DNA of 64,000 nt from NCBI GenBank assembly GCA_964016885.1, contig OZ024740.1, positions 144,336,001 through 144,400,000 of the forward strand, written 5' to 3'. Positions 1-14,843 of this stretch are shown here, piece by piece. The position numbers were made by a program, and so were the translations under genes. The notes under the pieces are model-generated. The model was not told the origin of the DNA. It did no database searches and saw only the letters and a program-made list of their open reading frames with translations. The stretch is from Eledone cirrhosa. Its lineage: Eukaryota. Numbering within the stretch: the stretch's first letter is position 1; each line of letters opens with the position of its first letter.

Positions 1-1272
1 CGTCCGTGTTCCACGCTTGCATGGGTTTGGACGGGGGTAGTCCCACTTGAGGCAAGAGTGATTGTCTTGCTCGCATAGGACTGTCTGGCAGGTTTTCTAC
101 AGTTGGATGCCCTTCCTAACACCAACCACATTTACAGTGTGGGTCTGGGAGGTTTTTACCGTGTTGCCTACACGGCCACATTACAGCGTGGACTGTGTGT
201 TTTTTTGTCGTGACACCTACACGATCTCATTTGTTTCGGCCTCGATGGCGCGGCACCAACATAACTTTACATAGAACGGGGTGGTGTGGATGGGGTGGGG
301 GTGGTGGTGGTGGGACGGGGTGTATTTTGTTAGAGATGCCTACTGGCTGGAGTAGGTTTTACTATATATTTAGGTAAGGCGGGTCTTCTCTGTTACTGAG
401 TACCGCCAAAGGTCTCGGTCCAGTGACATTGTCTTGGAGAGGTGTAAGTGTGTGATGTCGGAGTTTATCAGCTCGTCCCAGGTTTTTCTAGGTCTGCCTA
501 TTCCGTGACTACCGTCTATCTTTATTGCCCTGCACTTTGTTATACAGCTATCGACTTTCATGCGCATCACGTGTCCATACCAACGTAGCCTTCTCTCGAG
601 TAAACAACATCTGATCCCTCTTATCTCTAATTTTTTCCTTAGTTCGTTTATGCTTTGCCGTTCACGTATATTACTGTTACACATCCAGCGGAGCATGCAA
701 GCTTCGTTCCTCTCTAGTCTGCGTATATCCTCTGCACACAATGCCCAGGTCTCACTGCCATGCAGCATTGCTGATCGTATGCAGGCATCGTACAACCTGC
801 CTTTCATTTTTAGTGAGAACCCTTTAGCAGCTAATAGTGGTATAAGCTCTCTGAACTTTTTCCAACCAGTTCTGACTCTAGCTACAGTACTTTCAGAGCA
901 CCCTCCCCCACTGCTGATTTTATCGCCCAGGTAACGGAAGCTGTCCACTATTTCTATAGAACCCTCTGCGCAATTGAAAGAGCTAGTAGTTTGTGGGCAC
1001 TTGCTGCTACTTATTGCACCAGAGCACCGGCCACATGTAAAATCTATGTTCTTAGTTAGCTTACCTGTGATCCCACTACATCTTTTATGCACCCATACTT
1101 TGCATTTAGGACATAAAATGGAGTTTCTACCTACGCCTTTCCTACACACCGAGCACGACCATTTCCCAGAAGGGACCGCCGCCTTGTTTTCTTTCCTACA
1201 AACTAGTACTTTGGTCTTAGCCAGGTTAATTTTAAGTCCTTTTGACTCTAGGCCGTGCTTCCATGTTTGGAA
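1..1272 (-). mobile_element. 5'-truncated RTE-clade LINE, subfamily A (PHD finger, RT C-terminus, 3' UTR); runs off the window start
   Basis: ORF 370-1416 matches the C-terminal third of the 995-aa ORF from FQTWKHG onward; its N-terminal part comes from flanking DNA. 1-369 matches the 3' UTR at 8093-8417. Confidence 0.95.
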
Positions 1273-1463
1273 GCATTTATATATTCCTCGCGATCTAAAG
1301 ATATGAACTGCCACTTTTTTTTCTTTCAATTTTCTGTTGTTAAAGGGTGTTAGGTGCCAGTTATCCATCTCAGTCGCGCTCTTATAATATCTGTCTGTAT
1401 GCCTTGCTGTCTGCATAACGTCATTCTAACGTATTATCTTCACTACATTCACACACAAACACG

Positions 1464-1504
<41 letters not shown>

Positions 1505-1603
1505 TTATACACATATAGACATATACACACACACATATACATATATATATATATATATATACATACATACATACAAACACACACATATATACATACATAC
1601 ACG

Positions 1604-3044
1604 CTCATAGCTGAATCAATGACCGAACTAGAGAAGAAATTCCAAACATGGAAGCACGGCCTAGAATCAAAAGGCCTTAAAATTAACCTGGCTAAGACTA
1701 AAGTTCTAGTTTGTAGGAAAGAAAATAAGGCGGCGGTCCCATCTGGGAAATGGCCATGCTCAGTGTGTAGGAAAGGCGAAGGTAGAAACTCCATTTTATG
1801 TCCCAAATGCAAAGTATGGGTGCATAAAAGATGTAGTGGGATCACAGGTAAGCTAACTAAGAACATAGATTTTACATGTGGCCGGTGCTCTGGTGCAATA
1901 AGTAGCAGCAAGTGCCCACAAAATACTAGCTCCTTCAACTGCGCAGAGGGTTCTATAGAAATAGTGGACAGCTTCCGTTATCTGGGTGACAAAATCAGCA
2001 GTGGGGGAGGGTGCTCTGAAAGTACAGTAGCTAGAGTCAGAACTGGATGGAAAAAGTTCAGAGAGCTTATACCACTATTAGCCGCTAGAGGGTTCTCCCT
2101 AAAAATGAAAGGCAGGTTATACGATGCCTGCATACGAACAGCAATGCTGCATGGCAGTGAGACCTGGACATTGTGTGCAGAGGATATACGCAGACTAGAG
2201 AGGAACGAAGCTTGCATGCTCCGCTGGATGTGCAATAGTAATATACGTGAACGGCAAAGCATAAACGAACTAAGGAAAAAATTAGAAATAAGAGGGATCA
2301 GATGTTGTTTACTCGAGAGAAGGCTACGTTGGTACGGTCACGTGATGCGCATGAAAGACGACAGCTGTATAACAAAGTGCAGGGCAATAAAGATAGACGG
2401 TAGCCACGGAGTAGGCAGACCCAGAAAAACATGGGACGAGCTGATAAATTCCGACCTCACACGCTTACACCTCTCCAAGACAATGTCACTGGACCGAGAC
2501 CTTTGGCGGTACTCAGTAATAGAGAAGACCCGCCTTACCTAAATACAAAGTAAAAACCTACTACAGTCAGTAGGCATCTCTATCAAGACACACCCCCGTC
2601 CCACCACCTCCACCCCACCCACACCGCCCCTTTCAATGTAAAGTTATGTTGGTCCCACAACATCCAGGCCAAAACAAATGAGATCGTGTAGGTGTCACGA
2701 CAAAAAACACACAGTCCACGCTGTAAATGTGGCCGTGTAGGCAACACGGTAAAAACCTCCCAGCCCCACACTGTAAATGTGGTTGGTGTTAGGAAGGGCA
2801 TCCAGCTGTAGAAAACCCGCCAGACAGTCCACGCTGTAATGTGGCCGTGTAGGCAACACGGTAAAAACCTCCCAGCCCCACACTGTAAATGTGGTTGGTG
2901 TTAGGAAGGGCATCCAACTGTAGAAAACCCGCCAGACAGTCCTATGCGAGCAAGACAACCACTCTTGCCTCAAGTGGGAAAACCCCCGTCCAAACCCATG
3001 CAAGCGTGGAACACGGACGCTAAACCTGATGATGATGATGATGA
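1604..3044 (+). mobile_element. 5'-truncated RTE LINE, subfamily A, with a ~113-bp tandem duplication in the 3' UTR and a (GAT)n tail
   Basis: ORF 1619-2542 (307 aa) is near-identical to the 8418-11405 protein; the block starting ACAGTCCACG occurs at 2711 and 2824; TA/CA microsatellite on both sides. Confidence 0.95.
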
Positions 3045-3683
3045 CACACATATATACATATACACATATATACATATATATACAAACACATACATACATA
3101 CATATATAAACATATACAGATACATATATATATATATATATATACACAAACATATACACATACATATACAAACACATACAAACACACACATATACAAACA
3201 CACACACATATACAAACACAAAAATATATATATATATACAAACACACATATACAAACACACACACATATACAAACACACACATATATGTATACATACACA
3301 CACATATATATATACATACACACACATATATATATACATACACATATATATATGTATATATGCATACATACACATATATATACATACACATGTATATATG
3401 CATACATACACACACACACACATATATATATATACATACACATATATGTATGTATATATGCATACATACACATATATATACATACACACACATATATCTA
3501 TGTATATATGCATATATACACATATTTATATATATACATACACACACATATATACATACACACACATATGTATGTATATACGCATACATACACACGTATA
3601 TATACACACATGTATGTATATATATGCATACATATTGTATGTATATATGCATACATACACATATATATACATACACACACATA
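3045..3683. repeat. Degenerate (TA)/(CA) microsatellite between two tail-to-tail LINEs
   Basis: Direct reading. Confidence 0.95.
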
Positions 3684-5543
3684 TCATCATCATCACCGTT
3701 TTACATCCGTTCTTCCACGCTAGCATGGGTTAGACGGGTGGTCCTGTTGTGGGCAGTGTCTGGTCGGCTGACCATGCTTTGCTCATACAGGAACTGATCT
3801 GGCTTGATTTCTACAGCTGGATGCCCTTCCTAACAACAACCTCATTTACAGTGAGTGCTGGGTGCTTTTTCGTGGCGCCTACACGTCCACTTTACAGTGT
3901 GGGCTGGGTGCTTTTTTGCCATGGCACCTCCACGACCACCTTGCGGTGGGAGGTGTGGGGGCATATTGTCTATATGCTTCAGCTTGTACCCATGGGAGGT
4001 CGGGTACTCTGTATTACTGCGTGACGCCAGAAGTCACGGTCGTGTATCATTGTCTTTGAGAGGTGTAATTGGGTAAGGTCGGCTTTTATCACCTCATCCC
4101 AGATCATCTTGGGTCTCCCCACTCCGCGGTTTCCATCAACTTCTAGTGCTCTGCACCTTTTTATGCAGCTGTCATCATTCATACGCATCACATGTCCATA
4201 CCAGCGCAACCGCTTCTCCTGCACACAGCATTTGATTCCTCGTATGCTCAGTCTCTCTCTCAATTCATTTATGATTTGTCGTTCACGTATATTACTGTTA
4301 CACATCCATCGGAGCATGCAGGCTTCGTTTCTTTCTAATCTACGTAAGTCTTCCACCTTCAGCGCCCAGGTCTCACTACCATGTAACATTGCTGTTCGGC
4401 TACACGCATCATACAGTCTGCCTTTCATTTTGAGGGAGAAGCCTTCTTTTGCAGCTAGCAGTGGCAGTAGTTCCCTAAACTTCTTCCATCCTGTTCTTAC
4501 CCTAGTTATTGTACTTTCTGAACACCCACCTCCATTGCTAATTCGGTCACCTAGGTAGCAGAAGCTGTCTACTGTTTCTACAGAGCCCTCCCAGAGATTG
4601 GTGGTACTTGTTTCCTGTGGCTGTTTGCTGCTTGCTGTCTCAGCACAGCTGCTGCATGTGAATCCTACATTCTTAATTAAGCTTCCTGAGATCCCGCTAC
4701 ATCTCTTGTGTATCCATTGTTTGTATTTGGGGCAGAGAATGGAGTTCCTACTTACACCTTTCCTGAGCAAGGCCATTTTCCTGAGGGGATCTGGGTTCTG
4801 TTTTCTCGTCTACTTACAAGGACCTTAGTCTTTGTCATGTTGACTTTGAGACCCTTTCTTTCTAGTCCCTGCTTCCAAGTTTGGAATTTATTCTCCAGTT
4901 CTGCCATAGATTCAGCTATGAGTGCGAGGTCATCAGCATACAGGAGTTCCCATGGGCATCCGGTCTTAAACTCCTCCGTTATTGCCTGCAGGACTATGAT
5001 GAACAGGAGAGGGCTAAGAACAGAGCCCTGGTGGACCCCAACCTGTACGCTAAATTCCTCGCTATACTCATTGCTAATCCTAACTTTGCTGACTGCTCCC
5101 CTATACATGGCTTGTACCGCTTTCACAAGCCATTCATCTACTCCTAGTTTTCTCAGAGCCCACCAGATTACAGCACGTGGAACTCTGTCAAAGGCTTTCT
5201 CAAGGTTCGACAAATGCCAAGTAGTGTGGCTTACTTTTAGCTAGGTACTTTTCCTGTAATTGCCTCACAAGGAAGAGGGCATCAGTGGTGCCTCTTCCTG
5301 GTACAAACCCAAATTGCATCTCGCCTATTTTCACCCGGTCCCTAATCAGCTGTGCTATAACTCTTTCTGTTACTTTCATGACCTGGTCCATCAACTTTAT
5401 ACCTCTATAGTTTCCTCTATCTAGTGCATCGCCTTTACCTTTGTAGCAGTTGACAATGATGCTACTGCACCAATCTTTTGGTATGGCACCTTCTAGTATT
5501 ACCTGGTTAACGATACGTGTGGTTATAGTGTGACCTACAGACC
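3684..5543 (-). mobile_element. 5'-truncated, frameshifted RTE LINE, subfamily B
   Basis: ORF pieces 5200-5574, 4752-5213 and 3979-4776 carry RT motifs (NYRGIKL, QFGF, KAFD, QGSVLSP, YADD, YLG); colinear with 58658-60510; (CAT)n at 3684; small deletion in the first PHD CxxC. Confidence 0.95.
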
Positions 5544-5605
5544 TATGTATGTATATATGCACACACAGACACATTATTTATATATATATATACACACACA
5601 CACAC

Positions 5606-6385
5606 AGTTCAAGAGTAACCAATCTTAAAGAGAGAGATGGAGATAGGAGAGGAGATATTGGTGAATTAGTTAGAAGCCAAAGCGTAAAGGCATGTGCTCA
5701 ATGTGCAATATGCAGTAGAAAGCAGCTAGGTGGCTGGGTTCATGCAGAAGTTAGGAGTGCAGAGCTGGAAATATTCATTAGTTAAGCAAAACAAGATCAC
5801 AAATTTCACAAGGAAGACATTATTAAAAGATTGTCAACATATTTTAGTTTGATGTAAGGAGTAAGGAATGCAGAGAATAATAATAATAATAATAATAATA
5901 ATGTCCGTTTACAATTGTTTCGCTACTCCATATAATATTTCTGGATCAAATGACTATATATCATTATTGATCTGGTTCAGTTGAAAATAATTAACATTTA
6001 AAAACAGAGCGGCTCATCGGAACTTCAAAGGAATATAAATTAAGATAAGGAGAGAATGTTACATAATGTAATGTTCCATATATTGGTATTTCACTATGGT
6101 GTCCTGGGTATATCAATTGTCTGCCATAATCGAGCAGTATTCTTCTGTTGAGGCTGCATTGTGTGAGATCTGCCTATGGGTAACAAGATGGCCGCCAATG
6201 CACATATTTACCTTACTAATTAGAGGGTGTTGATCCAGAAATATTATATGGAGTAGCGAAACAATTGTAAACGGACATTATTATTAATATTATTATTATT
6301 ATTCTCTACATTCCTTACATCAAACTAAAATATGTTTTAATAATGTCTTCCTTGTGAAATTTGTGGTCTTTTTTTGCTTAACTAA

Positions 6386-6392
<7 letters not shown>
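5606..6392 (-). mobile_element. Penelope-like pLTR/retrozyme-like element with inverted partial copy (arms ~5771-5949 and 6230-6392)
   Basis: Inverted repeat of ~170 bp, hammerhead at 5907-6023, GTGCTCAA motif at 5694, microsatellite on both sides. Confidence 0.7.
5907..6023 (-). ncRNA. Type-I hammerhead ribozyme motif with long branched stem II and CCGAUGA core
   Basis: Minus strand reads GTT-CCGATGA-GCCGCTCTGT...ATGGAGTAGC-GAAA-CAATTG-TA-AAC: stem I GTT/AAC, palindromic stem III CAATTG, GUA cleavage triplet. Confidence 0.7.
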
Positions 6393-6460
<68 letters not shown>

Positions 6461-6462
<2 letters not shown>

Positions 6463-6631
6463 GTTATTCCGGGTTGAATCGGAGGTAACCACAGTAAGTA
6501 AGGTACTCAATACATAGAGTATAAAAGTATTAATATAGATGAGATTCTACAGGACTAGAACTGTTTCATTCTTTAGAAATCATCTGATGATTTCTAAAGA
6601 ATGAAACAGTTCTAGTCCTGTAGAATCTCAT
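6461..6631. mobile_element. Short fold-back pLTR-like element; perfect palindrome 6539-6631 centred on a hammerhead core
   Basis: 46-bp perfect arms centred on 6585; right arm reads CTGATGA-TTTCTAAAGAAT-GAAA-CAGTTCTAG-TC; GTACTCAA at 6503; (TA)n on both sides; third partial copy TGAGATTCTACAG at 6731. Confidence 0.7.
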
Positions 6632-6644
6632 ATATATATATATA

Positions 6645-6718
<74 letters not shown>

Positions 6719-6743
6719 TATATATATATATGAGATTCTACAG

Positions 6744-7030
6744 TGCCTTGCTCAAGGATGTGTTGTTTCCTTGAGCAAGGCACTTTATTTCACATTGCTC
6801 CAGTTTACTCAGCTGTAGAAATGAGATGATAGGGGCTGGTGTCCCTATCATTCCACTGTAAAGTGGTCGTGGAGGTGCCACGGCAAAAAAGCACCCAGCA
6901 CTCACTGTAAATGAGGTTGGTGTTAGGAAGGGCATCCAGCTGTAGAAATCAAGCCAGCATCAGTTCCCATCCCACCCTTGCAAGCAGGGAAAAAGCGGAT
7001 GTAAAATGAAATGATGAAATGAAATGATGA
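6744..7030 (+). mobile_element. 5'-truncated SINE with RTE-derived 3' region and a small 5' inversion
   Basis: SINE core CCTTGAGCAAGGCACT (compare 24478), then sequence matching the subfamily-B 3' UTR and a subfamily-C type tail; 6744-6759 is the reverse complement of 6768-6783. Confidence 0.7.
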
Positions 7031-7034
7031 TATA

Positions 7035-8063
<1,029 letters not shown>

Positions 8064-11000
8064 TCATCATCATCATCATCATCAACGTTTAACGTCCGTG
8101 TTCCACGCTTGCATGGGTTTGGACGGGGGTAGTCCCACTTGAGGCAAGAGTGATTGTCTTGCTCGCATAGGACTGTCTGGCAGGTTTTCTACAGTTGGAT
8201 GCCCTTCCTAACACCAACCACATTTACAGTGTGGGTCTGGGAGGTTTTTACCGTGTTGCCTACACGGCCACATTACAGCGTGGACTGTGTGTTTTTTTGT
8301 CGTGACACCTACACGATCTCATTTGTTTCGGCCTGGATGGCGCGGCACCAACATAACTTTACATAGAACGGGGTGGTGTGGATGGGGTGGGGGTGGCGGC
8401 GGGAGGGGTGTATTTTGTTAGAGATGCCTACTGGCAAGGCGGGTCTTCTCTGTTACTGAGTACCGCCAAAGGTCACGGTCCAGTGACATTGTCTTGGAGA
8501 GGTGTAAGTGTGTGAGGTCGGAGTTTATCAGCTCATCCCATGTTTTTCTAGGTCTGCCTATTCCGTGGCTACCGTCTATCTTTATTGCCCTGCACTTTGT
8601 AATACAGCTATCGACTTTCATGCGCATCACGTGTCCATACCAACGCAGCCTTCTCTCGAGTAAACAACATCTGATCCCTCTTATCTCTAATTTTTTCCTT
8701 AGTTCGTTTATGCTTTGCCGTTCACGTATATTACTGTTACACATCCAGCGGAGCATGCAAGCTTCGTTCCTCTCTAGTCTGCGTATATCCTCTGCACACA
8801 ATGCCCAGGTCTCACTACCATGCAACATTGCTGTTCGTATGCAGGCATCGTACAACCTGCCTTTCATTTTTAGGGAGAACCCTTTAGCAGCTAATAGTGG
8901 TATAAGCTCTCTGAACTTTTTCCAACCAGTTCTGACTCTAGCTACAGTACTTTCAGAGCACCCTCCCCCACTGCTGATTTTATCGCCCAGGTAACGGAAG
9001 CTGTCCACTATTTCTATAAAACCCTCTGCGCAATTGAAAGAGCTAGTATTTTGTGGGCACTTGCTGCTACTTATTGCACCAGAACACCGGCCACATGTAA
9101 AGTCTATGTTCTTAGTTAGCTTACCTGTGATCCCACTACATCTTTTATGCACCCATACTTTGCATTTAGGACATAAGATGGAGTTTCTACCTACGCCTTT
9201 CCTACATACCGAGCACGACCATTTCCCAGAAGGGACCGCCGCCTTGTTTTCTTTCCTACAAACTAGAACTTTGGTCTTAGCCAGGTTAATTTTAAGTCCT
9301 TTTGACTCTAGGCCGTGCTTCCATGTTTGGAATTTCTTCTCTAGCTCGGCCATTGATTCCGCTATGAGTGTCAGGTCGTCTGCGTATAGGAGTTCCCATG
9401 TGCAGCCTGTCTTGAACTCCTCTGTTATAGCCTGAAGGGCAATAATAAATAGTAGGGGGCTGAGAACAGAGCCCTGATGGACGCCAACTTTTACGCTAAA
9501 CTCTTCACTATATTCGTTGTTAATTCTAACCTTGCTGACTGTTTCTTTATATATGGCTTGTATAGCCCTCACAAGCCATTCGTCAACGCCTAGTTTTCTA
9601 AGAGCCCACCAGATAATGGAGCGGGGGACTCTGTCGAAGGCTTTCTCCAGGTCGACAAAAGCTAAGTAGAGGGGTTTACCTTTAGCTAGGTACTTCTCCT
9701 GTAGTTGTCGTACTATGAAAAGAGCGTCTGTGGTGCTTTTGCCTGACACAAACCCGAACTGCATTTCATCTAGATCAATTCTCTCTCTGATTAGTTGCGC
9801 TATTACTTTTTCCGTGACCTTCATGACCTGGTCGATTAATTTAATGCCTCTATAGTTACTCCTATCTAGGGCGTCTCCTTTACCCTTATAACAGTTAACG
9901 ATGATGCTGCTATGCCAGTCCTTCGGAACAACCCCATTCTGTACGACTTGGTTAACTATGCGGGTGACCATGGTGTGTCCCACCGTGCCAGATGCCTTCA
10001 GCATCTCAGCAACTATTTCCGAAGGCCCAGCCGCCTTACCAGTCTTCATATCCTTGATTGCCTTACTTATTATACTCCCCTCGACTAACACTGCTGGTCC
10101 CTCTATCGGGTCGATATGGGGGAGACTGTCTTTCTCCCATTTATTCTCCTCATTTAGTAGCCTTTCATAGTGACACTTCCAAGCTACCTTCTTATCAGTG
10201 TCGGTGATGGCAAGTATGCCATCATCGTTAAGTACACACTTCTCCCCGACAATATCACGGTTTTCCTTGACGCATTGCCTGGCAATCCTGAACACCTCAC
10301 GTTTTTGGTCATCGCGTTGTAGAACATGCTTGAACTTTCTTTCCTCAGCTTCCCTTCTTGCTAAGTACACTTCTCTCCTAGCTTCCCTCCTGGCCACTTG
10401 ATAGTCTACTCTACTTCCCCCATCCCGCCATACTTTCCAAGCCTGCTTTTTGGCCTTAATTGACCCCTCCACCTTACTGTTCCACCACCATGTTACTCTC
10501 CTCCTGCCTACAGGCCTGCTCCAGCCACAGACTTCGTCTGTCGCCAACAGCAGGTTAGCTTTCAGAAATTTCCACTGTCCCTCTATATTGTCCGATTCTA
10601 GATGCTCTTCCTTACTGTCAAAAGCATCAAGTAATATGCTTTGAAATTTATTTCTGGCTGTGGGGTCTTTTAGTTTCCATATTTTCCTCCTGAGGATAGT
10701 CCTCTTCTGCTGTCGGGTGCGTCTCGTCCTGACTATGAGGTCGCTAATTATCAGTCTATGTTGGGAGGTGCATTCTTCATGGGGGAGGGATTTAGTGTTT
10801 ACAACAGACACTCTGTCACGTCTTCTGGTAAGGATATAATCTACCTGGCTTGTGTGTTCCCCGGATCTATAGGTAATCAGGTGATTGTCACGTTTTTTGA
10901 AGTTAGTGTTACAGATAGTTAGGTTATTTGCATCACAGTATTCCAGAATTCTGGAGCCTTCCTCATTTCTAGTACCAAACCCATAGCCTCCATGGATTTC

Positions 11001-11450
11001 GTCATAGCCGTCACAATGTTGTCCAACGTGACCATTTAGGTCGCCTGCAATAATTATATAGTCACTGTCAGATATTTGGGAGGTAGTTAGCAACAGTGTC
11101 TCATAGAATCTGTCTTTTATAGTGCCGGGCAGTCCGGATTGGGGTGCGTACGCAGATATTACTGTCACCGTAGTTCTATTGAGGACAAGTCTTATTTTAA
11201 TTATTCTGTCGTTCACTCTATTTACGTCTATTATCTTATCTGCCCACTTTTCTGCTACCATGATTCCTACTCCACCCAGCCCATCGTCGTTTCCCACCCA
11301 GAAAAGCTTATAACATCGTTTTTTACCCTCAATGAATCTAGCAGACCCACCCCTCCACCTGGTCTCTTGAATACAACAAACATCGACCTCCTTACGTTCA
11401 AGCATTTCTACAACCTCGTTAGCGCGACCCTTTAGGGTGCCTACATTTAT
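8064..11450 (-). mobile_element. Near-full-length RTE LINE, subfamily A, inserted in a (TA)n array; 5' UTR missing
   Basis: (CAT)n tail at 8064, 3' UTR, uninterrupted ORF; 5' end falls at the first APE motif (NVGTLKGR) and abuts (TA)n. Confidence 0.97.
8418..11405 (-). CDS. RTE-clade ORF2: APE endonuclease + reverse transcriptase with inserted PHD finger (995 aa)
   Basis: APE motifs CIQETRW, SAYAPQ, GDLNGH, QVDYIL, SQHR; RT motifs [36 protein letters not shown]; RTE C-terminus RRLRWYGHV...GRPRKTW. The frame is open a few codons further upstream, so the real start is lost. Confidence 0.95.
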   Translation of the reverse strand: MLERKEVDVCCIQETRWRGGSARFIEGKKRCYKLFWVGNDDGLGGVGIMVAEKWADKIIDVNRVNDRIIKIRLVLNRTTVTVISAYAPQSGLPGTIKDRFYETLLLTTSQISDSDYIIIAGDLNGHVGQHCDGYDEIHGGYGFGTRNEEGSRILEYCDANNLTICNTNFKKRDNHLITYRSGEHTSQVDYILTRRRDRVSVVNTKSLPHEECTSQHRLIISDLIVRTRRTRQQKRTILRRKIWKLKDPTARNKFQSILLDAFDSKEEHLESDNIEGQWKFLKANLLLATDEVCGWSRPVGRRRVTWWWNSKVEGSIKAKKQAWKVWRDGGSRVDYQVARREARREVYLARREAEERKFKHVLQRDDQKREVFRIARQCVKENRDIVGEKCVLNDDGILAITDTDKKVAWKCHYERLLNEENKWEKDSLPHIDPIEGPAVLVEGSIISKAIKDMKTGKAAGPSEIVAEMLKASGTVGHTMVTRIVNQVVQNGVVPKDWHSSIIVNCYKGKGDALDRSNYRGIKLIDQVMKVTEKVIAQLIRERIDLDEMQFGFVSGKSTTDALFIVRQLQEKYLAKGKPLYLAFVDLEKAFDRVPRSIIWWALRKLGVDEWLVRAIQAIYKETVSKVRINNEYSEEFSVKVGVHQGSVLSPLLFIIALQAITEEFKTGCTWELLYADDLTLIAESMAELEKKFQTWKHGLESKGLKINLAKTKVLVCRKENKAAVPSGKWSCSVCRKGVGRNSILCPKCKVWVHKRCSGITGKLTKNIDFTCGRCSGAISSSKCPQNTSSFNCAEGFIEIVDSFRYLGDKISSGGGCSESTVARVRTGWKKFRELIPLLAAKGFSLKMKGRLYDACIRTAMLHGSETWALCAEDIRRLERNEACMLRWMCNSNIRERQSINELRKKLEIRGIRCCLLERRLRWYGHVMRMKVDSCITKCRAIKIDGSHGIGRPRKTWDELINSDLTHLHLSKTMSLDRDLWRYSVTEKTRLASRHL

Positions 11451-12141
<691 letters not shown>

Positions 12142-12182
12142 TGAAATATATAAGAATCAAAGAACTGTTCAAAACATTATTG

Positions 12183-12229
12183 TGCTTACAGCTGTTTCCT
12201 CCAAACCGAGGTTTGGATTCTTCAGAGCA
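12183..12229 (-). ncRNA. Type-I hammerhead ribozyme motif with canonical CUGAAGA core
   Basis: TGCT-CTGAAGA-A-TCCAAACC-TC-GGTTTGGA-G-GAAA-CAGCTG-TA-AGCA. Confidence 0.85.
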
Positions 12230-12733
12230 ATTTATTAATGTATGGACAGTTATATGACCTCCTTTTCAGCCGAGAGACATACCGATACATATTCAAACAT
12301 TGTGGGTCAACATTCATTACTTTTAATGCTTGCACTATTTTTAATGCTTATAACATTTCTCCACACACAGAATATATCAATCATATAAAGAATTTGCCAC
12401 CAGATCTACCAACCTAACACTCTTGTTTACCTACCTAAGTGCCTCTACCACACATATCTCTCTGCCACACTATATAAACAAGACGCACATGCGTGCCATA
12501 CATATAACATTTGCACTATATAACCGCTTATCTTCATGTTGTATTTTAACCTGTATTTTTTATTTTTGATTGTACCTCTTAATATAAATGTAATCTCGAA
12601 GTGTGTACTGCCACTCTAAATTCTGTAATGAATGTTGACCCACAATGTTTGAATATGTATCAATGTTTGAATATGTATCGGTATGTCTTTCGGCTGAAAA
12701 GGAGGTCATATAACTGTCCATGCATTAATAAAT

Positions 12734-12780
12734 TGCTCCGAAGAATCCAAACCGCGGTTTGGAGGAAACAGCTGTAAGCA
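12734..12780 (+). ncRNA. Type-I hammerhead ribozyme motif, CCGAAGA variant
   Basis: TGCT-CCGAAGA-A-TCCAAACC-GC-GGTTTGGA-G-GAAA-CAGCTG-TA-AGCA. Confidence 0.8.
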
Positions 12781-13001
12781 CAATAATGTTTTGAACAGTT
12801 CTTTGATTCTTATATTTCATATAACTGCTCTGTAAATCATCTGATGTTTTTACATTGAGCTACTTAACTTACTGGTAATAAGGTAGTAATACATTACTGC
12901 CTACCACTATTTAGGGTGTGTGTAACATACTTATAACTGCATAAGGTTTTGTATTTACATAACCATAAATAGTATAACTAATACTAACTAATACTAACTA
13001 A

Positions 13002-14303
<1,302 letters not shown>

Positions 14304-14431
14304 AAGTTATATTTAAAATTGTTGGGTTACAACTAGTAAATATTTATAACTGATATAAAAGCACTCGACAAATACTTGGAGTATATTTACAATATTAAAT
14401 AAATGGAAAACTATATTTATAAAACCATATT

Positions 14432-14497
14432 TATTTCATTATATATATTTCGGGGATATCATATTAACAATATGCTATGCCTTCATCAGACAAAATA
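14432..14497 (-). ncRNA. Type-I hammerhead ribozyme motif
   Basis: TATTTTGT-CTGATGA-AGGCATAGCATATT-GTT-AATATGATATCCCC-GAAA-TATATA-TA-ATGAAATA: 8-bp stem I with G-U pairs, palindromic stem III, AUA triplet. Confidence 0.75.
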
Positions 14498-14679
14498 CAA
14501 TATAAACAGTTTTATAGATAAATATATTCGACATACCGTAATAAACATCAACTTCATTTGAAGAGGTTCACTCTAGCAGTGAAAATACAGAGAGAAAGAA
14601 AGAGAGAGAGAAAAAAGGGAAAAGGCGAGGAGATGAGAGGGAAAGATGGGTGATAGAGAGAAAGAGATAGTTTTTATAA

Positions 14680-14843
14680 CTTTCATCTTTAAAATACAAA
14701 CTTAAAAGAACCAACACTGCTCTCTCAGAACTCATATGGTCCTTAAAAGACAAAAACATTAAATATACCATCCTTTGGAAGAAGGTTTCTTCTGCATCCT
14801 CATACTTCAACAGCTCTCTATCTAAAATCTGTAATCTCTGCCT
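14680..14843 (+). pseudogene. C-terminal fragment of a Penelope-like GIY-YIG endonuclease region (not in the ORF track)
   Basis: Manual translation [55 protein letters not shown] fits the PLE pattern T-x-LS-x2-IW-x-LK...W...Y...CNLCL. Confidence 0.8.

Larger units (their letters stand above)
12142..13004 (+). mobile_element. Penelope-like pLTR element with inverted 5' copy (arms ~12142-12320 and 12625-12823)
   Basis: Inverted repeat of ~180 bp with one hammerhead in each arm; TTGAGCTAC at 12855; spacer ends in a weak PLE-like ORF end (NHIKNLPPDL); (TA)n on both sides. Confidence 0.75.
14301..14843. mobile_element. Penelope-like element remnant: inverted pLTR (minus) joined to a GIY-YIG C-terminal fragment (plus)
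   Basis: Hammerhead at 14432-14497 (minus) and PLE-like peptide at 14680-14843 (plus); (TA)n on both sides. Confidence 0.8.
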
